Assembly (NCBI GenBank): GCA_963677765.1 | Contig: OY782392.1 | Span: 600,001 to 632,000 of the forward strand | DNA length: 32,000 nt | Source: Candidatus Saccharimonadota bacterium | Lineage (GTDB): Bacteria; Patescibacteriota; Gracilibacteria; BD1-5; UBA6164 | Reading direction: 5' to 3' | In this document: in pieces, positions 24,458 through 32,000 of the stretch | How positions within the stretch are numbered: position 1 is the stretch's first letter | Layout of the letters: the number at the start of each line of letters is the position of its first letter | The notes under the pieces: generated by a model | Told to the model about the DNA's origin: nothing | Databases searched by the model: none | Seen by the model: only the letters and a program-made list of their open reading frames with translations | Made by a program: the position numbers and the translations under genes

Positions 24458-26278
24458 ATGAAAATACTTAGTAGTGAAATAAGAGAGAAATATTTAGAAT
24501 TTTTTAAAAGCAAAAATCACTCTATAATACCAAGTGCTCCTGTTGTTCCTGAGAATGATCCAACTGTTTTATTTAATACTGCTTGAATGCAACCTTTGGT
24601 TCCATATTTATTATGAGAAAAACATCCAAGTGGTACTAGATTAGCTGATAGTCAAAAATGTATTAGAACATGAGATATAGAAGAAGTATGAGATAATACT
24701 CATCTTACTTTTTTTGAAATGCTTTGAAACTGGTCACTTTGAGATTATTTTAAAGAAGAATCAATTTCTTATTCTTGGGAATTTTTAACTAGTAAAGATT
24801 GGTTATGACTTGATCCTAGAATGATAGCTGTAACTGTTTTTGAGTGAGATGAAGATGCTCCTAGAGATGAAGAATCAGCTAATATTTGGGCTAATATAGG
24901 TATGCCAAGAGATAGAATTTCATATTTACCAAAATCAGAAAACTGGTGGGCTGCTGGTGATACTGGACCATGTTGACCAGATAGTGAAATTTTTTACTGG
25001 GTTTGAGAATCAGACTTTCCACCAGAAGGTTCTAATGTAGAAAATGATGAAGATAATTGGATGGAAATATGGAATAATGTATTTATGGAATACAATAGAC
25101 TTCCAAATTGAGAGCTTGTTAAATTACCAGCTCAAAATGTTGATACATGAATGTGATTAGAAAGAATTACAGCAACTCTTAATGGTGAAAAAACAGTATA
25201 TAATACAGATATTTTTAAAGAAATAATTGAATCAATTTCAAAAGAAATTTGAGTTGATTACAATGAAAATACAATGAAATCAATAAGAATAATAGCCGAT
25301 CATGTAAGAACTTCTACTGTTATGATTAGTGATTGAGTTATTCCAAGTAATGTTGATCAATGATATGTATTAAGAAGACTTATAAGAATATCTATAAGAC
25401 AAGCTTATAAATTATGATATAAATGAGAATTTTTATATAATGTTTCTAAAGTTGTATCTGATAAGTTATGATTAGCTTATCCTCATATGATTGATAAAAA
25501 AGATGAAATAGTAGAAGAAATATTAAGAGAAGAAAAACAATTTTGAGATACTTTAGAAAAATGATTAAAAGAGTTTGATAAGTTAATTAATGGTTTTGCT
25601 ATTGCTTTTGAAAAAACTGGTAAAAAAATTGATACTATAGCATGACCTAAAGCATTTAAACTTTATGATACTTATGGTTTTCCATTGGAAATGACAAAAG
25701 AAATAGCTGAAGAAAAAGGTTATAAAGTAGATGAAGAATGATTTAATAAAGCTTATAAAGAGCATCAAGAAAAATCAAGAACTGCTAGTGCTTGAAAATT
25801 TAAATGATGATTAGCTGATAGTAGTGAGGAAACAACTGCTCTTCATAGTGCTACTCATTTGTTACTTGCTGGTTTAAGAAAATATTTATGAGATCATGTT
25901 CATCAAAAAGGTAGTAATATAACTCCTGAAAGATTGAGATTTGATTTTTCTCATGATGAAAAAGTTGAAAGAGATATTTTAGATAAGGTAGAAGAATTTG
26001 TAAATGAAGCTATAAATTCTAATCTAAATGTTACAATTCAAGAAATGTGAAAACAGGAGGCAAAAGATTCTTGAGTAGAATGAAGTTTTTGGGAAAAATA
26101 TCCTGATATTGTAAAGGTTTATTCTATGGTATGAGAAAATGGTACTGTCTATTCTAAAGAGTTATGTGGTTGACCTCATGTTGAAAATTCTAAAAATATG
26201 TGAGTATTTAAAATCAAAAAAGAAGAAGCTAGTAGTAGATGAGTAAGAAGAATTAAAGCAGTTTTAATAAAAGATTAA
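24458..26278 (+). CDS. alaS: Alanine--tRNA ligase, short form (606 aa) lacking the C-Ala/DHHA1 domain
   Basis: Frame checked throughout. [60 protein letters not shown] and VDTGMGLERI (class II core). Editing-site HSATHLL...H and CGGPHV zinc motifs. Ends ...[12 protein letters not shown], and the next gene starts 11 nt later. Confidence 0.9.
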
Positions 26279-26288
26279 TTTAAATCTT

Positions 26289-27281
26289 ATGAAAAATAAA
26301 GAGAAAATAAATATTGTAACTATTTGATGATGAAATGGTAGTTATTGATTATTATCAAGTATAAGAGATAATGAAAACTATAATATATCAGCAATTATTT
26401 CTATGAGTGATAGTTGATGATCTACAGGTGTTCTAAGAGAAGAGTTCAATATATTACCTCCTTGAGATGTAAGAAGATGAATAATGGCTTTATCTCGTGA
26501 ACATGAAATAGTAAAAAAATTATTTGATTATAGGTATGATAAAGAATGTAGTGTATGAGGTCATAGTTTAGGTAATTTAATAATTACTGCTATGGCTGAT
26601 ATTACATGAGACTTTGATAAGTGATTAAAGCAAGTATCAAGAATGTTCAAGGTAAAAGGTAGAGTTATACCTGTTACATTAGAATTATCTCATTTAAATG
26701 TTAAACTAGAAGATTGAACTCTTGTAGAATGAGAAACAAATATTGATACAAAACTTGATGAGAAAAGTTCTCCAATAAAAAAAGCATTTTTAACTCCAGA
26801 TGTAGTTGCAAATAGTAAGGCTATAACATCAATAAATAAGGCAGATTTAATTATTATATCATTTTGAGACTTGTATACCTCTATTGTTCCAAACTTGCTA
26901 GTAAAGTGAATAAAAGAAGCTATATCTAGTAATAAAAAAGCCAAAGTAGTATATTTTTGTAATCTTATGACTAAGCCATGAGAAACTACAGATTTTGAAG
27001 CTATAGATTTTATTAATGTTATAGAAAAGTATTTATGAAAAGATATACTTGATTATGTAATTGTTAATAATTGATATATATCAGAAAAAATGGCTGAAAA
27101 ATATAAGTCATTAGAAAATAAAAAACCTGTAAAAATAAAAAATCAAAAATATTTTAGAGGTAAATCTTATAAAGTTATTGAAGCTGATTTATTACATGAA
27201 AACTCATTTGTTCGTCATAGTTATGATAAAATTGATAAAGTTATCAAAGATATTATAAAACAATTAAAAATAAAAAGTTAG
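26289..27281 (+). CDS. yvcK: YvcK/CofD-like gluconeogenesis-factor family protein (UPF0052)
   Basis: 330 aa. IVTIGGGNGSYGLL, AIISMSDSGGSTGVLREEFNILPPGDVRRGIMALS, GHSLGNLII and DLIIISFGDLYTSIVPNLLV motifs. Confidence 0.85.
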
Positions 27282-27309
27282 ACAATTTATAAATTGTCTA
27301 ACTTTTTTT
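27277..27309 (+). terminator. Rho-independent terminator after yvcK
   Basis: GTTAGACAATTT (27277-27288) pairs with AAATTGTCTAAC (27291-27302), followed by T7. Confidence 0.8.
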
Positions 27310-27332
27310 CTAACTCAATTATAAATTATAAT

Positions 27333-27360
27333 TTTACATATTTTTATAAAATTATATAAT
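27333..27360 (+). promoter_or_regulatory. Candidate promoter of the 1124-aa secreted-protein gene
   Basis: TTTACA (27333-27338), 16 nt, TATAAT (27355-27360). The predicted start falls about 27367, at the first TATCTCCCAAAA repeat. Confidence 0.45.
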
Positions 27361-27365
27361 TTTAG

Positions 27366-27398
27366 TATCTCCCAAAACACATAAACTATCTCCCAAAA
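27366..27398 (+). promoter_or_regulatory. Two exact 12-nt direct repeats TATCTCCCAAAA, 21 nt apart, in the predicted 5' leader
   Basis: 27366-27377 and 27387-27398. CTCCC stands out in otherwise A/T-only intergenic DNA. The repeats end 27 nt before the ATG. Confidence 0.35.
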
Positions 27399-27425
27399 AT
27401 TATTTTATTCATTAAAAATCTTAAT

Positions 27426-30400
27426 ATGAAAAAGATTTTTTTGTTAATACTATCATGTATAGTAATGTTTTTATTAGGGAATAATGTTAGTGCAAATGAT
27501 AATTATTATAGTGATTCATGTTGATATTATATAGAAAAGGAAGAAACTGATTATATAAATAATAATCCAACACAAGAGTTTTATATTTGAGATAATTATC
27601 AATCATCATATATAACAAATGATTATATATATTTATCATACATAGAATATAATCAAGAACCTTTACTAATGAATAATAATTCTAACTCAAATGGAGTATT
27701 AAAAAGAATTAATCATAAAAATGGTAATATAATAAAAAAAAATTTAAACTATATAAATGATTTTAATAATAATATATATAATATATTATTTATAGAAGAT
27801 TGATTTATATATTATCAAAATGAATGATCAATATATAGAATAAGTGAAGAATGTTGAGATATTAACTTAAAATGAAAAGAAATATATAAATTAGAGCTTT
27901 TGTTTTTTAATATATACAAAGAAAAATATCTTTTTTCAGATGGAAAATATATTTATTTTGAAGTAGAAAATAATATTTATAGATTTGATTATATAAATAT
28001 ATGAAATTTAGAACTAGTAGAAAATATCGATACTAGTATAGCTAATAATATACTATTCAACTCAGAGATATTATATTATTTAAATCATATTTACTATAAT
28101 AGTAATTGAAAACTATATAAACAATATATAAAAAATTGAACAATATTAGAACCAGAAGAAATATATAATGAGGAACTCAAGTTATTTAATATAAATGAGG
28201 ACTATATATTTTTTTTAGAACAAGATGCTGACATAGAATGATATATAACAAAATATATAAAAAATGATTGATTAGATAGAGAAAAAAAATTATTTTATGA
28301 ATGATATCTGGAATCTTGAATTATGCTAGAGACAGGATTTATATTTTATGAAGTTATTGATGAATGATTAAATGATGAAATTCATTATATATCTTTTGAT
28401 AAACCTCTAGAATCTACTAAAATATTAGATGAATATTATGATATTTATTATTCAGATAAGGAAAAAATATTGTATAATGAAAATTGATATGTAAAAACAA
28501 AATTATTAAATCAAAAAAATATCCCAATACCAACAAACTTAAGACAATATATTAAATCACCACTTCTAGAAAAAGAAGAGATAGAACTATGAAGCAGTAT
28601 AGGTAAGTTTCAATCTGGAAGTTGAATAATATTTGAAACAGAAATAGATAATCCAGAATCAAAAGAATTGAAAATAGAAATAGAAATATATGAAAAAATA
28701 TCTTGAAATACAAGAATTTTTAATAGTGAATTTTTAAATGTAACTTGAAAGAGATCATTTGTTATATGACTTGATGCATGAGATTATACTTGGAAGTTGA
28801 GACTAGAAGATACAGATTGAAATACTAGTGATTGGGTAGAATTCAAAGAAAATTGATTAGATACAGATTTTTCTATTTTTGAATGATTTGAACCTTATCC
28901 TTATGGGTTTAGTTTTGTAAATGCAAGTCCTGATCTATCAAAATTAACTTGATGAATAAGTTGAAAAGATTGATTTTTTAAAGATACAAGAGAAAAAAAT
29001 CCTTGAACAAAATGGGAAATAATGGATATGGTTTTTCCAATAGAATCATTTAATTGAGATGAAAGAAAATATTTTGCAGCATTTGAGTCATTGTGATTAA
29101 ATAATGATAATCCTACTATTTTTTCTGATGCTATATGTTTTTGACTTTGAATAAGTGCCTTAACTCAGTATCATAATCCAGAAATATTAGAAAGAAATTT
29201 TCCTGTTTTTAGTAATAATATATGAAATTGATATATTTTTGATAAAATAAATATAAAAAATGATACTAATAATAATTATCAATTAATATGATTAGATGAT
29301 AATTTAAAATCGATTTTAGCATTACAATTATATCAAAAAGAAACTAGTTTTTCTAATAAAAGAAATTATTCTTATACAAATGATACTCCAATAGATGTAT
29401 TAAATAAATTAAAAACTAATCCTTGAAAATATATACTTAGTTTTAGGTGAAAAACTTGATGTAATTTTTTATGAAAATTATGTAAAGATGTTTGACATAC
29501 AGTTATACCATACAAAGTAGAGTGAAACAAAATATATATTTGGGATAATATAACACCATATCCATTTTTTGAAGATAAGGAATGAATTAAAGAAGCATAT
29601 AACCAATATATAGAAATAGATATAATAAATAATAAATATTCAGTAATTTGATATAATCGGGATAAATTTGAAGAAATATGAATTGTATCTATAGATGAAG
29701 CTTTTACTGATAATACATCTGTTATATGATTTAATGATATAGATACTCTATACACTCTTAACTGAAATTCAGATATATTACTTACAGATATCAACTGAAA
29801 TAAAACATGATATAAAAACTGAGAAATATATGAAGAAATCCCTTGAACTAGAATAGTGGTAAACTATGCTTGAGAAACTATAGATAATACATTTAAACAA
29901 ATCTACCTACCACAAAAACTAGAAAACCTAACAATAGAAATAAATGCTAAAGTTGATGAAAGCTATGACCTAATGATAGCATGATGAGACTATTACACAA
30001 AAATAGAATGAATAACTACAGCATCATGACAAACTGATATTTTTAATATATCAAGAGAAAATATTAAAATAGATTTTGATGATAATAAAGCAGAAAATAA
30101 TTCATACAATATACTAGTAGATGACTTCAAAAATAATTGAACCTGAACAGTTATGCTGTGAAATCTAGAAACAATAAATTGAAAACAAGAATTAGATATA
30201 AACTGGATAGAAGTATTAAACAATAGCAATACTGCAGTAATATATTCAAAAGATTTAGACAATGATGGAATACAAGAAACAATAGAAAATCTTAAAGCAA
30301 TACTAGATTATAGTATAGAACCAGAACCAGAAATCTTATCATGAAATATAAGCTGAAAAATATGACTATATCTACCACAAGAAATATGCAAAAAGATATG

Positions 30401-30800
30401 AAATAAAAATTGTAGTCAAATAGTAAAACAACTAGAAAAAGAAATACTAAACAAAACTACAAAACTAATATTAGAAAAACAAGAAGAGTTAGAAGATGAA
30501 ATAGAATGAAATAATAAAAACAAAAATAAAGATAAAAAACAAAATAAAAAATTAAAAGATAAAAACAAAGAAGAAAAACAATATATAGAACTAGATAATA
30601 AATGAAACTATAAAATAGTAGATTTAGAACCATGAATTTATAAACTAAGTTTAGAATTAAAGAAGTGATGGATTACAAAAACTCCACAAACTTGATACTA
30701 TATTCTAGAAATAACTAATTGAGAAAATTATATAGATAAAGATTTTCAGGTTATAAATAAACTTCTAGAACAATTAATTAAGAATTTAAAAATTAAATAA
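27426..30800 (+). CDS. Giant secreted/surface multidomain protein (1124 aa): signal peptide, Tyr/Asn-rich propeller-like repeats, Ig-like module, papain-like Cys/His/Asn region, DxDxDG site, C-terminal Cna-B/SdrD-like domain
   Basis: I read the frame codon by codon from ATG 27426 to TAA 30798-30800 with no TAA/TAG and dozens of TGA. N-terminus MKKIFLLILSCIVMFLLGNNVSA. Repeats such as GFIYYQNEGSIYRIS and GKYIYFEVENNIYRFDY. GDYTWKLRLEDTDGNTSDW. DAICFGLG (Cys 29136), GHTVIPYKVEGNKIYIWDN (His 29496, Asn 29547). C-terminus GNYKIVDLEPGIYKLSLELKKGWITKTPQTGYYILEI. Domain names are inferred. Confidence 0.85.
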
Positions 30801-30819
30801 TATATAATAATAAAAAATT

Positions 30820-31269
30820 ATGAAAGAAAAAATTAAAAATATAGTTAAGAATAGATATTTTAAAATAATAGTTTTTGTATTATTATGATTATTTATACTT
30901 AGAGAATCATATGCGGTTTATATAGATATGTATAACTTTAAACAATTAGAAAAAGCTAAACCATATTTAGAAACAATAGATAAAAATACAAAAAAATTTT
31001 ATAGTTTAAAAGAATTTAATGTAATATATAGTGCTTGAATTAAACCAATTAGAAATTGTTATGATGTTAGTAATTACAATTGAAATGAAAAATATATTTT
31101 TTGATTTAAATTAGAGTCATTAATATATATATATATATATAAAACAAAATATTATGCATATCCTAAATATGATGCTCCATATAGAAATTGGTGTGAAGTA
31201 TGATTAGGTTGTTATGATAAAAATAAAGAAATATTTGAAAGAGTTATATCAAATCCATGTGAAAATTAA
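30820..31269 (+). CDS. Small N-terminally membrane-anchored Cys-containing protein, paralog A (149 aa)
   Basis: MKEKIKNIVKNRYFKIIVFVLLGLFIL (anchor), four Cys in total, C-terminus ISNPCEN*. Contains an in-frame (TA)9 tract (31123-31140) encoding IYIYIY. Confidence 0.65.
31123..31140 (+). repeat. (AT)9 dinucleotide repeat inside paralog A
   Basis: Direct count, positions 31123-31140. Confidence 0.95.
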
Positions 31270-31278
31270 ATAAAAATT

Positions 31279-31765
31279 ATGAAAGAAAAAATGAAAAATA
31301 TAGTTAAGAATAGATATTTCAGAATAATAATTAAATTTTTTATATGATTTTTATTATTATTAATATTGAGTTTTATATTAGTTGCTATATATAGTTTTAC
31401 ATTTGAAAAAGATAAGATAGCAATAGATAGATATAATTTTGAACAGTTAGAAAAATCTAAACCTATACTAGAATCAATACCAGAAACTGATAAAAATTTT
31501 TATAGTTTAAAAGAGTTTAATCAAAAATATAGTGCTGATATACAACCAATTAAAAATTGTTATTATATAAGAAATTATAATTGAGATGAAAAGTATATAT
31601 TTTGATTTAAACTAGAGTCATTAATATATATATATATATAGAACAAATTTATTTGCATATCCTAAATATGATTTACCTTTTGTTCCAATGTATTATTCAG
31701 GTTGACCTTGAGATAGAAATAAATCTAAATTTAAGTATACAATTTCAAATCCATGTATAGATTAA
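31279..31765 (+). pseudogene. Paralog B of the small anchored protein, interrupted by a -2 frameshift in its (TA)8 tract (TAG at 31639-31641); the conserved C-terminus continues in the frame shifted by the missing TA unit to TAA 31763-31765
   Basis: The 5' part is colinear with paralog A (MKEKMKNIVKNRYFRIII..., YNFEQLEKSKP, FYSLKEFN, NCY, NYNGDEKYIFGFKLESLIYIYI). After the TA tract, the homologous AYPKYD...ISNPC(I/E) segment is out of frame by exactly one TA unit (34 vs 36 nt between TTA and GCA). Confidence 0.6.
31624..31640 (+). repeat. (AT)8+A dinucleotide repeat inside paralog B, one unit shorter than in A
   Basis: Direct count, positions 31624-31640. Confidence 0.95.
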
Positions 31766-32000
31766 TAATAAATAAATTAGAACAAAATAGATATATATCC
31801 AAATCAAACAATAATTGAATTAATTTGAGAATGAAACCCTACAGTACAAACAAGTAATTGAACAAGAAGTAAAGACTGAACAGTTAGGTATGGAAGAAAT
31901 ATAAAAGCTACTATACCTCCAATATGAGAAACAAGAATAATAGAATTTAAAATAAATTGAGAATCATGATTTTTTACTATTATAAGGGAATAGATTATAT

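Larger units (their letters stand above)
30801..31765 (+). repeat. Tandem gene duplication (period about 459 bp), including the conserved upstream AAAAATTATGAAAGAAAAAAT start context
   Basis: Long near-identical nucleotide stretches at the 5' ends (atgaaagaaaaaat.aaaaatatagttaagaatagatattt) and around the TA tract (gattt aaa.tagagtcattaatatatatat). Confidence 0.8.

Noticed and set aside
27366-27398. Repeated TATCTCCCAAAA considered as a degenerate CRISPR or REP-type repeat.
   Set aside because: There are only two 12-nt copies with a 9-nt spacer between them, and no further copies in the window. A regulatory direct repeat is the simpler reading.
29372-30262. Two minus-strand ORFs (140 aa and 89 aa) inside the surface locus.
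   Set aside because: They are antisense to a verified 1124-codon plus-strand frame. Their S/I/L/F/Y/C-rich composition is typical of antisense translation of K/E/N-rich genes, and they have no start context.
31766-32000. Minus-strand frame open from the window edge to about 31826 (YNLFPYNSKKSGFSIYFKFYYSCFSYW...).
   Set aside because: It has Cys/Ser/Phe-rich antisense-type composition with almost no UGA-Gly codons, and it lies opposite a plus-strand frame with gene-like UGA density. It is probably not coding.

Overview
This is a very AT-rich bacterial chromosome segment that can only be read under translation table 25, where UGA codes for Gly and TAA/TAG are the only stops. That code belongs to Absconditabacteria (SR1) and Gracilibacteria in the CPR/Patescibacteria. 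The supplied standard-code ORF track therefore breaks almost every gene into fragments. Re-reading with TGA as a sense codon gives about 30 tightly packed, uninterrupted CDSs, and I checked most of them codon by codon. Contents in order: (i) a 5'-truncated secreted cysteine-rich-repeat protein with a 69-Ser linker, an ICMT-like membrane methyltransferase, gmk-trmD, a small PLDc_N-like membrane protein, tig, a TPR-like membrane-anchored protein, and khpB/jag. (ii) A translation supercluster: infB, a stand-alone cNMP-binding protein, infA, rpmJ, rpsM, rpsK, rpsD, rpoA, rplQ, rplM, rpsI, rpsL, rpsG, rpmA. (iii) A GlmU-like nucleotidyltransferase and gyrA. (iv) A 1125-aa cytoplasmic ORFan with a 106-aa coiled-coil partner, then a short alaS lacking the C-Ala domain, and yvcK. 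(v) An accessory-looking surface locus. It holds a 1124-aa signal-peptide protein with a propeller-like N-terminus, papain-like Cys/His/Asn spacing and a Cna-B/SdrD-like C-terminus. Two tandem small membrane-anchored Cys-containing paralogs follow it, and the second is broken by loss of one TA unit in an in-frame (TA)n tract, a candidate phase-variation switch. I saw no rRNA, tRNA, CRISPR array, transposase or integrase. All homology calls come from motif recognition by eye, not from database searches.
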